From Minisyncoccota bacterium (GTDB lineage Bacteria > Patescibacteriota > Minisyncoccia > Phycocordibacterales > UBA5272): a stretch of 64,000 nt of DNA. The position numbers and the translations under genes were made by a program. The notes under the pieces are model-generated. The model did no database searches, was not told where the DNA came from, and saw only the letters and a program-made list of their open reading frames with translations. Shown here in pieces: positions 10,247 to 20,746 of the stretch (positions are counted from its first letter, which is position 1; every line of letters begins with the position of its first letter). The stretch covers positions 57,759 to 121,758 of the forward strand of contig DALYEZ010000001.1 in the NCBI GenBank assembly GCA_031972295.1, read 5' to 3'.

Positions 10247-11127
10247 GGAACACCTCCTTGGTTACCACTTTCGTTTTGACCAATGACAACAACTGGCCGA
10301 GCGCCACCACCTCCTGTGCCTCCCGTAATTTGGTTTGTGGTAACAGTAGTACGCTTACCAGTAACCCGATCTGCTTCGGCCTGTGCCTCAGCAAAACTTG
10401 CGCCCGCAGCAAGAGCGTCATTGATGATTTTCGTACGGAACGCAAGTTCCTGCTCTTGAGCGATTTTTTCCGCAGTTTCAATCACGTACTGATTACGAGC
10501 CGCCTCGAGAGCTGCTGGAATATCAGCTGATTCAAAGTACAGATCACAAATTTCTACACCTTTTTGCTTTGCTTCATAAGCCAAAGCTTGCGCACGATCA
10601 CTTGGCAGGACTGTGGTTAAGTCGACTTTCGCATCCTCAACCGTGAGAGAATTAAGTGTCGAAAGATAATATCGCACAGTCGCAATCCCAAGACTCTCAA
10701 GGGCGTCCCTTAAATTTTCCACAAGAGCCGCTGCATACGGATCAATCACTTTGTAAGCAATCAACCCTTTTGCCTTGTTCAACGTAACACCATCCTTAAG
10801 CTTCGGTTTTTCGATGGTGATGGGTATCGTTACCAGTTTCGAGGGTATTCTGATTGTGCCAATGACACCCGGCAGCTCAAAATACAAGCCCGTCTTCACC
10901 TGGAAGCCTGTGACCGCCTGAAAAACTGTTAGTATTCCTACTTCTCCAACTGGAACATTGTTGTTCAGGAAGAAGATAAATCCACCTCCAAAAACAATGG
11001 CCATTGAGAGCCAAATCCTAATGTCCTCCACTGGAGAGAAGATTTTTCCCCAACCTGCAAGCACCAGTAGACCAATCAAGGCCCCCAGCGTAAAACCAAA
11101 GAAAATTGAAATAATATTCCCGTTCAT
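10243..11127 (-). CDS. SPFH/band-7 domain protein
   Basis: N-terminal TM plus SPFH core and Ala/Glu-rich coiled region; Gly-rich tail. Confidence 0.65.
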   Translation of the reverse strand: MNGNIISIFFGFTLGALIGLLVLAGWGKIFSPVEDIRIWLSMAIVFGGGFIFFLNNNVPVGEVGILTVFQAVTGFQVKTGLYFELPGVIGTIRIPSKLVTIPITIEKPKLKDGVTLNKAKGLIAYKVIDPYAAALVENLRDALESLGIATVRYYLSTLNSLTVEDAKVDLTTVLPSDRAQALAYEAKQKGVEICDLYFESADIPAALEAARNQYVIETAEKIAQEQELAFRTKIINDALAAGASFAEAQAEADRVTGKRTTVTTNQITGGTGGGGARPVVVIGQNESGNQGGVP

Positions 11128-11326
11128 TTTTATGCCCTCCGGGCGTAAGTAACTGTGTGAATTTTCAACGATCCGAGGCTTTCTTTAGCCTTGTTTATAT
11201 TATATCATATTTAGCATATTTGTCAATATACCTATTCCATAATTTTACGTTGGCATTTAAATGTATTTTTGTGATTTTTTCACCACAAATACAATAATTT
11301 CTTTCCGTACGTGATAAAATATATTC

Positions 11327-12121
11327 ATGCAAATAGAACTTCTTCAAATTGTACTTTTTTCAATGAAAGTAGTAGCCGTAGTACTTGTAGCCACATGGCT
11401 CTATGCACTCGCAAAGAAAGATAATTCTGTTATGGATGTTGCTTATGGAATAGGCTTTATTGCGCTCGCAACATATACATACTTTTGTTCAGATATTCCA
11501 CAAGATCTGCGTGCAAGCATTATCACGCTTTGTACAATAGTGTGGGGAAGTCGGCTTTCTATTCGTATCTATCGACGCAACAGACATAAAGGGGAAGATT
11601 TTCGATATCAAGCATGGAGAAATACATGGATGAAATACGGAAAACTGTATTTTCACATTCGAAGCATTGTGCAGATATATCTCCTTCAAGGAATTATTAT
11701 CGGTGTAGTGGGACTTCCTATTATTTTTGCCAACACTCTTTCCTCAGAATCTTTCTCTTTACTCAACCTTTTTGGACTCTTCATTTTCTGCCTCGGATTT
11801 TACTTCGAAGCTCGTAGCGATGAAGAGCTTGATACGTTCTTAAAATACAGAAAAGGCAACGAAACAATATTACAGTCCGGGCTTTGGAAATATTCTCGCC
11901 ATCCAAACTACTTTGGCGAAGCGCTCATTTGGTGGGGAATGGCCCTCATGGTAGTAGGTATTGTGTACTGGCCGATTGTGTTTTTAAGTCCTATCCTCAT
12001 TACTTTTCTTTTACGATTTGTGTCTGGGGTACCAATGCTTGAAGCAAAGTATAGAAACAATCCTGAGTATCAGGCATATACACGGAAAACCAACGCCTTT
12101 ATTCCTTGGTTTTCGAAATAA
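11327..12121 (+). CDS. DUF1295 / steroid 5-alpha-reductase-like membrane protein
   Basis: KYSRHPNYFGEALIWWG motif. Confidence 0.65.
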   Translation: MQIELLQIVLFSMKVVAVVLVATWLYALAKKDNSVMDVAYGIGFIALATYTYFCSDIPQDLRASIITLCTIVWGSRLSIRIYRRNRHKGEDFRYQAWRNTWMKYGKLYFHIRSIVQIYLLQGIIIGVVGLPIIFANTLSSESFSLLNLFGLFIFCLGFYFEARSDEELDTFLKYRKGNETILQSGLWKYSRHPNYFGEALIWWGMALMVVGIVYWPIVFLSPILITFLLRFVSGVPMLEAKYRNNPEYQAYTRKTNAFIPWFSK

Positions 12122-12135
12122 AAAGAGCAAAAAAT

Positions 12136-12165
12136 AAAACCCGCATTTGGCGGGTTTTATTTTTT
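12136..12165. terminator. bidirectional terminator cccgc-atttg-gcggg with T-runs
   Basis: seen in sequence. Confidence 0.5.
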
Positions 12166-12180
12166 GTAACTTAAGAAAAA

Positions 12181-12618
12181 CTATTTGCAAGTACAGACAC
12201 CATCCTTACAGTTGCAGTTTGCACACATTTTGTCTTTCAAAAGAGCGTACTTTCCAGCACCAGTAAACACCATCGCAAGTGACGCAAGAAGGAGAACAAG
12301 TTGGAATTCATATCCACCATTACCTCCAAATCCATTTGCTAAGTGAACCTTAAAGATTGCTGTAAGCATTACTATTGTAAGAAGTGCGCCTGCTTCGCGT
12401 ACACAAATACCAAGAATTAAGAGAAGTCCACCGAGAAGCTCTACCCAAGCCGTAATGTATGCCCAGAAAGGCGCAAGTCCAATAGATCCAAAGAATCCTA
12501 TTGTTGCCTCCATGTTGTCCACCTTACCCCAACCGTGGTACACAAACACAAGTCCGAGCGCTATTCGAATAAGAAGAAGACCGAAATTTTTATTATGACA
12601 AGATGCTAAAGAAAACAT
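12181..12618 (-). CDS. DoxX-family membrane protein with Cys-rich C-tail
   Basis: LLIRIALGLVFVYHGWGK DoxX N-terminus; tail CANCNCKDGVCTCK. Confidence 0.6.
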   Translation of the reverse strand: MFSLASCHNKNFGLLLIRIALGLVFVYHGWGKVDNMEATIGFFGSIGLAPFWAYITAWVELLGGLLLILGICVREAGALLTIVMLTAIFKVHLANGFGGNGGYEFQLVLLLASLAMVFTGAGKYALLKDKMCANCNCKDGVCTCK

Positions 12619-12825
12619 AAAAATAATTATATATAAGGCGAAACCGCCTGTTTCTATTGTACACCCTTTAAAAAGAAACTGTCTCTGCGGTTAAGTCCGT
12701 CAAACAAATTACTGAATAAATACGTACATGCCGTAAAGCGCAAAAGTGACTACAATTAAAGAAGTGGCGAGTTTGAGGTTTGTATTCATATTGTTGTATG
12801 TATTATATCTGATAATTTTAATTAT

Positions 12826-12868
12826 AAAAAAGCCCCCAACCACACATCCTTGTGTTGGGGGGCATGGT
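12826..12868 (-). terminator. intrinsic terminator (cccccaaccacacatccttgtgttgggggg, T-run on minus strand)
   Basis: long GC stem. Confidence 0.5.
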
Positions 12869-12875
12869 AAGGCAC

Positions 12876-13268
12876 CTACCTGAACATCCTTTTTAGCTCT
12901 GGCCGAAGGTGTCGATTTTCCAAAATCATTTCCTTCACGAACTGACTCGTGAAAGGCATGACCTTTTTAAACCTGTCAACCACCAGATCCTGTAGGATCG
13001 GGACCTTTTCCATAAGATCCACAAGGTGAAAAGGTGATTGCGTCCTTTCAATTACCTTACGACCGAGTTCAATCAATACCTTTTCAGGCATGATCAACAA
13101 TTTGTTTGCGCCACGCTTTTGGTTTTCACGAAGTCGAAAACCAAAGAGAAGAGCGTTGAACAGGATGTCTGGATCGTTTACATCACTAGAAGTGGTGATG
13201 TAAACGAGAACACTCTGAGTCTCGTGTGAACTTTTGGCGTCCATAAGACGCCCGATGTAATCGTCCAT
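12876..13268 (-). CDS. hypothetical protein (start taken at MDDYIG)
   Basis: ORF; internal ATG avoids overlap with the upstream small gene. Confidence 0.35.
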   Translation of the reverse strand: MDDYIGRLMDAKSSHETQSVLVYITTSSDVNDPDILFNALLFGFRLRENQKRGANKLLIMPEKVLIELGRKVIERTQSPFHLVDLMEKVPILQDLVVDRFKKVMPFTSQFVKEMILENRHLRPELKRMFR

Positions 13269-13270
13269 GG

Positions 13271-13531
13271 CTACAGTCCCAAAGCGGCGCGGCGGCCATC
13301 TGGGGTTGTCAGCCAGGTGGAAAAAATGAGGGCTGCGAAAGCTAGAAGCGTGCACAAGCAGAGAGCAACTGTGCCAACAGCAGCGAAAAAACTGCTACCC
13401 GAAACAATTGCCAAAAGGCTGGAGACCAACACGAACCCCAGAATAAAGAGTCCGGCCAGTACGAGAAACTTATTCACAGTTTTCATTGAAAAGATCCTCA
13501 AATTACCGCACCATTTGCGGATAAAAGACAC
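13271..13531 (-). CDS. small hypothetical membrane protein
   Basis: two predicted TM helices. Confidence 0.35.
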   Translation of the reverse strand: MSFIRKWCGNLRIFSMKTVNKFLVLAGLFILGFVLVSSLLAIVSGSSFFAAVGTVALCLCTLLAFAALIFSTWLTTPDGRRAALGL

Positions 13532-13569
13532 TATAACACAATATATTACAGTGTCAATTTAAACTGACT

Positions 13570-14331
13570 TTATTTTTGAACTATTTTCTCTAGAATCTTT
13601 TCCGCAAATGCAAGTGACGGCTCACGTTCAAATGGCACAATAACGTCCGGAACATTTTTGTAAAAATCCATAAACATATCTATCTCCCTTGCTTCATCGA
13701 CAACTTTGTTGAGTGCAAACAAATATTTGGTACCGAAAAATTCAAGTAAATCAATAATCTGTTTTCCCACTCGCATACTGTTTTCTGTAGCTTCAACAAC
13801 CACAATTGCAACATCAAAACCACTTGTTACTCCCGTACTCAAACCATCAATACCAGCACGCTCATCAATAACAGCAAATTCATTCTCCTGTAATTTCAAA
13901 AAGGGAAGATATACCTTGAGGGCCTCAATAAGCTCATGATTACAATTTTGCGACTGAAGCATAGCTTTGGTAATAGGTCCCGCACTCATAAGGCGCACAT
14001 GCTCGCTTACTGGAAAAGAATACTTTTCAGATACTGTATCGAGTGGAGAAAGTGCGAACTCAGGACTCACAAGCAATTCGTGCTCGTGTTTACATTCTGG
14101 ACCATGGACATGAGCAGTGTTATAGCCTTTTTCTATGTGCGCCAAAACGTCCGGCATGCCCGCACCGATAAACTGCATCTCTTTTGGACCTTTGAGATTG
14201 TTGGTAAGGTCCATATTGTAATCAGCGTCTATCGCTAGAACCTTTTTTCCTGACTGCTCAAGGTACTTTACAAAAAGGGTCGAGAGAGTCGACTTTCCGC
14301 TACCACCTTTTCCAACAAATCCTATCTTCAT
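13570..14331 (-). CDS. ParA/MinD/CooC-superfamily P-loop ATPase
   Basis: deviant Walker A FVGKGGSGKSTLS; start at MKIGF. Confidence 0.65.
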   Translation of the reverse strand: MKIGFVGKGGSGKSTLSTLFVKYLEQSGKKVLAIDADYNMDLTNNLKGPKEMQFIGAGMPDVLAHIEKGYNTAHVHGPECKHEHELLVSPEFALSPLDTVSEKYSFPVSEHVRLMSAGPITKAMLQSQNCNHELIEALKVYLPFLKLQENEFAVIDERAGIDGLSTGVTSGFDVAIVVVEATENSMRVGKQIIDLLEFFGTKYLFALNKVVDEAREIDMFMDFYKNVPDVIVPFEREPSLAFAEKILEKIVQK

Positions 14332-14397
14332 AATTTCTTTATACTGGAAAAAGTCTGTGCTGTAAATTTTTGCATTATAGCGGTATACTTCACACAT

Positions 14398-14973
14398 ATG
14401 CCTGAAGCGTTATTTACTGACATTGTGAGTACTTTGGTACTCTTGTCCATTCCACTTATTGTTATCCTTTTTATCTTCCGTTTTAGCTACGCACTGCCAT
14501 ATACCGAATGGGTACGAGCGCAGTTGAATGAAAACGCCCTTATCTTTGCTTTTTTGATTAGCCTTTTTGCAACACTTGGCGCACTTACATATTCAAATCT
14601 CTATCTTTTTGCAGTGTGTGATTTTTGTTGGTATCAAAGAATTGCAATATATCCAATGATCTTACTTTTAGGTATTGCAGCGTTCCGAAAAGAACGGCTC
14701 ATCAAACCGTATGTTATCGCACTCGCAAGTGCAGGACTCCTTGTCTCTATCTATCACTGGACAATTCACATGGTAGCAACCTATGGCTCTCAAAGTGCGG
14801 CTGACGGACTTGTGCCATGCAGCGCGGATGCCTTCCTTCCTTCATGTAGTCAGACAGAAATTCTCGAGTATGGATTCATCACGATTCCATTTATGGCAAT
14901 TACAACACTTTCTCTTGTTATCGTACTCATGCTTTTTATCAAAAACAAAAGAAGTTCGTTTGATACAATGTAA
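14398..14973 (+). CDS. disulfide bond formation protein B (BdbC-like)
   Basis: CDFCWYQR motif; 4 TM helices; second Cys pair in loop. Confidence 0.6.
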   Translation: MPEALFTDIVSTLVLLSIPLIVILFIFRFSYALPYTEWVRAQLNENALIFAFLISLFATLGALTYSNLYLFAVCDFCWYQRIAIYPMILLLGIAAFRKERLIKPYVIALASAGLLVSIYHWTIHMVATYGSQSAADGLVPCSADAFLPSCSQTEILEYGFITIPFMAITTLSLVIVLMLFIKNKRSSFDTM

Positions 14974-14979
14974 TCAAGA

Positions 14980-17262
14980 TTGACCATGGAACTCACGAAA
15001 ATAGAACTCACCGGATTTAAGTCATTTGCGAAGAAAACAACGTTTCGTATTGATAGTTCTGTGACAGGAATCGTGGGTCCAAATGGCTCAGGAAAATCAA
15101 ATGTTGCAGAAGCATTTCGGTTTGTTCTAGGTGAACAGTCGGTAAAATCGATGCGCGGGAAAACAGGAAGTGATCTTATTTTTAAAGGCTCTAAAGGTCT
15201 AGGACAAATGTCGCGTGCGAAAGTTGATCTTACATTCAAAAACAATTCAGAAGACAAAGATGATTCTACATACGCATCTTTTCCTGAAATAGTACTCGGG
15301 CGAGAAATATTTGCTGATGGGACAAACGATTATTCCATCAATGGCACAAAGGTGCGTTTGAAAGACATTCAGGAACTCCTTGCACACAACAACATAGGAA
15401 CATCCCATCATCACATTATCTCTCAAGGTGAAGCAGACAGAGTACTGCACTCTTCGGTAAAAGAGCGTAAAGAAATGGTCCAAGACGCTCTTGGTTTGCG
15501 AATATACGAATGGCGATTGAAAGAAAGCGACAAAAAGCTAGCAACTGTGCTTGAAAACATGCGCGAGGCTCAAATAAGTCGCCGTGAAATAGCCCCGCAC
15601 GTACAATTTCTCAAAAAACAAATTGATAAAGTTCAAAAGGGAACAGAACTTCGGAGTGAGCTTTCTGCCCTCTACCACACCTATCTCGCACAAGAAGAAG
15701 CGTATATTCATGATCTAGAGTCTAAAGAGCCACACACTTTTGAAAGTCTCAAAAAAGAGCTCGGAAAAATTACTCAAGAAATCACCGAACACACAAACAA
15801 AAAACAAGTAACACTTCCAACAGAAATAACTACAAATCTAGTTCGAGCCGAGGAAGCAATTAGAAAATATGAACAAGAAAAAAATACTATTGTTCGTTCT
15901 GTTATTTCACTTGAAACAGAGCTTCGTATTTTAGAAAAAAATATTGAGAAAGCGCAAAACGGAGAAGCTGAAAAAATACAAGTAAGCACAGATGGACATG
16001 TTTCAAAAAAAGAAGTTGTTGAATTCGCTTCATCTATTAAAGAAATACACGAAAAAGTTATCTGGCGCTATGAACATAAAGAGTTTCAAGAGCTTCCTGC
16101 GCTTTTCAACCTGCTCAAAGCACGTCTTCATTCTTTTGAGTCTTTCTTAGAGAATGCTTCACATACACAGTCCGTTGTTCAAAAAGTGGATACCAGGGAG
16201 TTACTTCTTTCTGTCCAAAAACTCAAAGAAGATCTACGTGCGGCTACTGAAGACCAAACACGCATCACGCACGAACTTGAAAAAGCACTCGCACAAAAGA
16301 AACAAGCTGAAGAAGCAAAAGATGCCTACAAGGAAAGTTCTTTTGTAGACGAACGTCGAGTTTTTGAACTTGAACGTCTGCAGGCAGAACTACAAGGAAA
16401 GCTTTCTCTCACAGAGCTCAAAATAACCCAGATCCGAGAGCGAAAAGAACGATTTGAAGCGGAACTTGCCGAAGCCTCCGTACTCATTGGAGCATCTGTT
16501 TTACAATACAAAAATACCACTCTTACTCCTTTTGACCCTCACACGCAAGACGAACACCGAAAGAAGATCGAACGTCTCAAGCTCCGTATTGAAGACATTG
16601 GTTTCGTGAACGTAGATGAAGTTACAAAAGAATACGAATCAGTAAGCGGTCGCGATGAATTTTTATCAAACGAAATCCGAGACCTTGAAACAAGTAAAGA
16701 AAAACTCGAACAAGTGATGGAGGAGCTCAGAACAACTCTTGCCACACAGTTTGAAACAGGACTCACAACTATTAACACTCATTTCCAAAAATTCTTCCAT
16801 ACTATGTTCGGCGGTGGGGAAGCAAAGCTTGTTTTAATTGAGAAAGAAAAGCGTCAAAGAAAATCCGACACAGAAGAAGACGTGGACGATGCAGAGAAGG
16901 AAACAGAAACTGGTATTGATGTGACTGTGTCGCTTCCTCATAAAAAAGTAAAAGATATTGCCATGCTCTCAGGAGGTGAGCGAGCCCTTGCTTCTATCGC
17001 ACTTCTCTTTGCGCTTTCTCAGGTAAATCCGCCGCCATTCTTAATCCTCGACGAAACAGATGCTGCGCTTGATGAGTCAAACGCTAAAAAGTACGGTGCA
17101 GTATTAAACGAGCTCAGTGCACATTCAAAACTCATTGTAATTACGCACAACAGAGAAACAATGGCCCGCACCCACTCACTCTACGGTGTGACAATCGACG
17201 TCGATGGCTCATCACGCATTCTTTCTGTAAAATTAGATGAAGCTAATGTGTACGCAAAATAA
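14980..17262 (+). CDS. SMC-family ATPase, short (760 aa) and apparently hinge-less
   Basis: N-terminal Walker A GPNGSGKSN; C-terminal FGGGEAKL, LSGGERALASIALLFAL signature, LILDETDAALD Walker B; long coiled coils. Confidence 0.75.
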   Translation: MTMELTKIELTGFKSFAKKTTFRIDSSVTGIVGPNGSGKSNVAEAFRFVLGEQSVKSMRGKTGSDLIFKGSKGLGQMSRAKVDLTFKNNSEDKDDSTYASFPEIVLGREIFADGTNDYSINGTKVRLKDIQELLAHNNIGTSHHHIISQGEADRVLHSSVKERKEMVQDALGLRIYEWRLKESDKKLATVLENMREAQISRREIAPHVQFLKKQIDKVQKGTELRSELSALYHTYLAQEEAYIHDLESKEPHTFESLKKELGKITQEITEHTNKKQVTLPTEITTNLVRAEEAIRKYEQEKNTIVRSVISLETELRILEKNIEKAQNGEAEKIQVSTDGHVSKKEVVEFASSIKEIHEKVIWRYEHKEFQELPALFNLLKARLHSFESFLENASHTQSVVQKVDTRELLLSVQKLKEDLRAATEDQTRITHELEKALAQKKQAEEAKDAYKESSFVDERRVFELERLQAELQGKLSLTELKITQIRERKERFEAELAEASVLIGASVLQYKNTTLTPFDPHTQDEHRKKIERLKLRIEDIGFVNVDEVTKEYESVSGRDEFLSNEIRDLETSKEKLEQVMEELRTTLATQFETGLTTINTHFQKFFHTMFGGGEAKLVLIEKEKRQRKSDTEEDVDDAEKETETGIDVTVSLPHKKVKDIAMLSGGERALASIALLFALSQVNPPPFLILDETDAALDESNAKKYGAVLNELSAHSKLIVITHNRETMARTHSLYGVTIDVDGSSRILSVKLDEANVYAK

Positions 17263-17296
17263 AACACCGCGTTTTTAGACGCGGTGTAAGTAAATC

Positions 17297-18664
17297 TCAA
17301 GTGTAGTGGGGATCAATATCTACAGGCACATCCGAAAGTGAACTAACGAGAGATTGTAGTCCTTCCGTAACAACACCGAACTCCTTTATCAAAAACACCC
17401 CTCTGCTATAGCCCCCACGAAAAGCTTGGTATGTATGGAAGCAAATTTTTTCTACGTATTCACGCAGATGTGCTTCCTTGATTTCAAGACGTCCTGCAAC
17501 AAACGAAATCAACTTCGACCTCTCTGCAAATTGCATTTGCACCAAAGCACCCTGAGCGTGGGCGCTTTCAATGCCGAAGCGAATCTGTCGAAGCTTATCC
17601 ACCAAATTGGTGACGACTGCAGCGTTACCGCTTCCTTGCGGCAATACACCCTTTTCTTCAAGCCAATAGATGAATTGCAGACCGAAAACATCAGCCTTTA
17701 ATTCCTCGAGACCATGACATGCTTCTCGAAAATCTGAGTCAAAATGAAAACTAAGACCGTGAGAAATTTCATGCCCGATCGTGGCCTCAAAAAAACCCCT
17801 GAAAGTAAAAAGTTCTTGTGAGTGTGGAGGTAAAACTCGTCTGGCTATTTCTGTAGTGATGACTTCAAACTTTGCCTCCATGCTATTCACAAAAAAACAC
17901 TTTTTGGATCCAAATTCTCGCCTAATGTTTTCTTCATTAGGTAAACAGCAAGCCATTGGAACAATTTCGTATAGACTACCACCAGCACTCTCTACCACAT
18001 CTAAAGCGACCATCGGACAGAGAATGGGACTGGATTCAAACTGAAACGAATTCCCAAGCCACGCATCAAAGGCATTGGCATACGACTGAAACAATTGAAG
18101 ACGCTCATTCTTCTCTGGGGTAATCACCCCGAGAACTGCTTCCATTGTTGTCTTCACACCGAAGCGTGTATCTGCATAGCTCTCATAAAACCCAATGATT
18201 ATTTCGATCGCCGACTCTACCTTGAGCCAATTGATTTCACTTTGTTCGTAATCGTTTGACTCGAAGCTGCTAGCACGAGAAATCAGAAATGTCCGGAAGG
18301 AGTCGCTTGAAACTTTTTTTGCGGCTTGCCGGAGCAGTTCACAAATTTTTGCCAACCCCTCTTCATATTTCACACTGTAAGGAGTTTCTTCTAGCGATTC
18401 GCCCGAACCCATTACTACCGTCCGAGGATTCATGAAATTTGAAACTTCTTCCTGAGTCACTCCCTTAGGCCAGAACGGGAACTCTTTGTGGAAAATTTCA
18501 CCAGGAGCAAGAAAGGGTTGTGTCGATTGGGCAAGAAAAACCGAGTTTACAAACGGCATTGCCGTCTGCAAAATTTCCACAGCCTCTTTGTCGCCGGCAC
18601 TGAGACGATCAAGGTTAACCCTAATTTGATAGGGGATATGGGGAAGCTTCGCATTACGAGTCAT
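17297..18664 (-). CDS. putative gluzincin-type metallopeptidase (M49-like)
   Basis: HEISHG ... EELKAD resembles HELLGH/EECRAE of DPP-III; GGAGG SD before the ATG at 18664. Confidence 0.4.
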   Translation of the reverse strand: MTRNAKLPHIPYQIRVNLDRLSAGDKEAVEILQTAMPFVNSVFLAQSTQPFLAPGEIFHKEFPFWPKGVTQEEVSNFMNPRTVVMGSGESLEETPYSVKYEEGLAKICELLRQAAKKVSSDSFRTFLISRASSFESNDYEQSEINWLKVESAIEIIIGFYESYADTRFGVKTTMEAVLGVITPEKNERLQLFQSYANAFDAWLGNSFQFESSPILCPMVALDVVESAGGSLYEIVPMACCLPNEENIRREFGSKKCFFVNSMEAKFEVITTEIARRVLPPHSQELFTFRGFFEATIGHEISHGLSFHFDSDFREACHGLEELKADVFGLQFIYWLEEKGVLPQGSGNAAVVTNLVDKLRQIRFGIESAHAQGALVQMQFAERSKLISFVAGRLEIKEAHLREYVEKICFHTYQAFRGGYSRGVFLIKEFGVVTEGLQSLVSSLSDVPVDIDPHYT

Positions 18665-18771
18665 GGCGTTTCCTCCGAGGATTTTGGTTAAGAGAATACA
18701 AAGAACAACACACAATTCTTACCATAGGTTTGTTTTTTATTCAATAAAATCAGGTATACTAGTGAGTAATT

Positions 18772-20724
18772 ATGGTCAAGACACAATCATTCATCACGCC
18801 GCAATACGGCGATGAACTCGAAGGAACAATTGGAATTAATACAAAAGGTTTTGGGTTTGTAAAAGTTCTCACCCTAGAACAAAGCGTTGAAATACCTCAA
18901 CACGATCTCAACACAGCCCTTCACGGCGACGCAGTGCGGGTAAAAATAACAGGTAAGAATAAATTTGGACAATTTGTTGGGGAAGTTCTTGAGATTATCC
19001 GCCGAAGTAAACACGGTTTTGCAGGAACTCTTTTCAAAGAGAAAAATGTGTACTTCGTAAAGGCGCAGGACGCAAAAATGTACACGGAAATCATGATTCC
19101 AGAATCTGCGCTCAATGGTGCGGAGGCTGGGCAAAAAGTATTCGCAAAAATCACCGAATGGACTGACTCTAAAAAAAGCCCGTGGGGAGCAATACACACC
19201 GTCTTAGGTAAACCAGGTGACAACGACGCCGAAGTCTCGGCATACGCGCTTGAGCGAGGTTTTAACACTAGTTTTCCTATTGATGTAGAAGAAGAAGCGC
19301 GACAAATTGAAGAAAAAGGTATTACTGAAGAAGATCTCAAAGACCGAAGAGATTTTAGAAATGTACTTACGTGTACTATCGACCCTTTTGACGCAAAAGA
19401 CTTTGACGATGCGCTTTCGTTTCAAAAACTTCCAAACGGAAATTATGAGGTAGGAGTTCATATTGCCGACGTGTCACATTACGTTCGAGAAGGCACCGCA
19501 CTCGACAGAGAAGCAAAACTTCGAGCAACCTCTGTGTATCTTGTGGACCGCGTGATCCCGATGCTTCCTGAGGTGCTCTCAAACAATCTGTGTAGTTTGG
19601 TAGAAGGAAAAGATCGTCTTACATTTAGTGCTGTCTTTGAAGTAAACGAAAACGCAGAAATAGTAGGGAGTTGGTATGGAAGAACTGTCATCCATTCTCA
19701 AAAACGTTTCAGCTACGAAGAGGCACAAGAAATTTTAGATGCCGGTGGAGGACTTCACTACGAAGCACTCAACACACTAAATATTCTGGCAAAAAAGATC
19801 CAGAAACGTCGTTTTGAAAATGGTGCTCTTTCACTTGAAACAGAAGAAGTGAAGTTTAAACTTGATGAAAAAGGATTTCCTGTCTCTGTGTACAAAAAAG
19901 TTCGTGGTGATACACACAAAATGATTGAAGAGTGGATGCTCTCTGCAAACAAAGGTGTTGCAACATACGTTTCAAATCTCCCTAACCCGCAAGAACATAC
20001 TTTCATATACCGTGTCCATCCAGAACCAGAAGAAGATCGTATGCTCAAGCTTGCTAACATTTTGCGTAACGCCGGGCATCCGATTAATTTCACCAACGGA
20101 CTTGTACCTTCAAAAGACATTAATAAAATTCTTTCTTCACTCGAGGGAACAAAAGAAGGTGGACTCTTGCAGGTATATGTAACTCGGGCAATGCAGAAAG
20201 CGATATACAGCACTGACAATGTGGGACACTACGGACTTGCTTTTGATTTTTACTCCCACTTTACTTCACCCATCCGTCGCTATCCAGACACTATGGCGCA
20301 CCGGCTTTTGGCTATCTATTTGTCAGGTAATCGCTCAGAAACTTCCGCAAAAAAGTTTTATGAAGAGCTTTGTGCTCATTGCTCATTCCGAGAAAAAGAA
20401 GCTGCTGATGCTGAACGAGGTTCTGTAAAATACATGCAGGTACTCTATATGTCAGTCCGCATTGGTCAGACATTCAATGGAGTTGTCTCTGGTGTGTCAC
20501 AGTGGGGAATTTATGTTGAAGACTCTGCTACAAAATGTGAGGGGATGATAAAACTCCGTGATCTAGGGTCAGACTTTTATATGTACGACGACAAAAAGGA
20601 CCTTATTTATGGAGAAAATAGCGGACAAATCTTCAAATTAGGCGATGAGATGAAGATTCAGGTCAAGGGAGTAAATATTGAGGAGCGCCTTATTGATTAT
20701 GCCCGTGTTATTGACTCAAAGTAA
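18772..20724 (+). CDS. rnr: ribonuclease R (RNB-family exoribonuclease)
   Basis: RNB motif TIDPFDAKDFDDALS; C-terminal S1 domain. Confidence 0.9.
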   Translation: MVKTQSFITPQYGDELEGTIGINTKGFGFVKVLTLEQSVEIPQHDLNTALHGDAVRVKITGKNKFGQFVGEVLEIIRRSKHGFAGTLFKEKNVYFVKAQDAKMYTEIMIPESALNGAEAGQKVFAKITEWTDSKKSPWGAIHTVLGKPGDNDAEVSAYALERGFNTSFPIDVEEEARQIEEKGITEEDLKDRRDFRNVLTCTIDPFDAKDFDDALSFQKLPNGNYEVGVHIADVSHYVREGTALDREAKLRATSVYLVDRVIPMLPEVLSNNLCSLVEGKDRLTFSAVFEVNENAEIVGSWYGRTVIHSQKRFSYEEAQEILDAGGGLHYEALNTLNILAKKIQKRRFENGALSLETEEVKFKLDEKGFPVSVYKKVRGDTHKMIEEWMLSANKGVATYVSNLPNPQEHTFIYRVHPEPEEDRMLKLANILRNAGHPINFTNGLVPSKDINKILSSLEGTKEGGLLQVYVTRAMQKAIYSTDNVGHYGLAFDFYSHFTSPIRRYPDTMAHRLLAIYLSGNRSETSAKKFYEELCAHCSFREKEAADAERGSVKYMQVLYMSVRIGQTFNGVVSGVSQWGIYVEDSATKCEGMIKLRDLGSDFYMYDDKKDLIYGENSGQIFKLGDEMKIQVKGVNIEERLIDYARVIDSK

Positions 20725-20746
20725 ATTTTCAGGTATTTTATAACCC

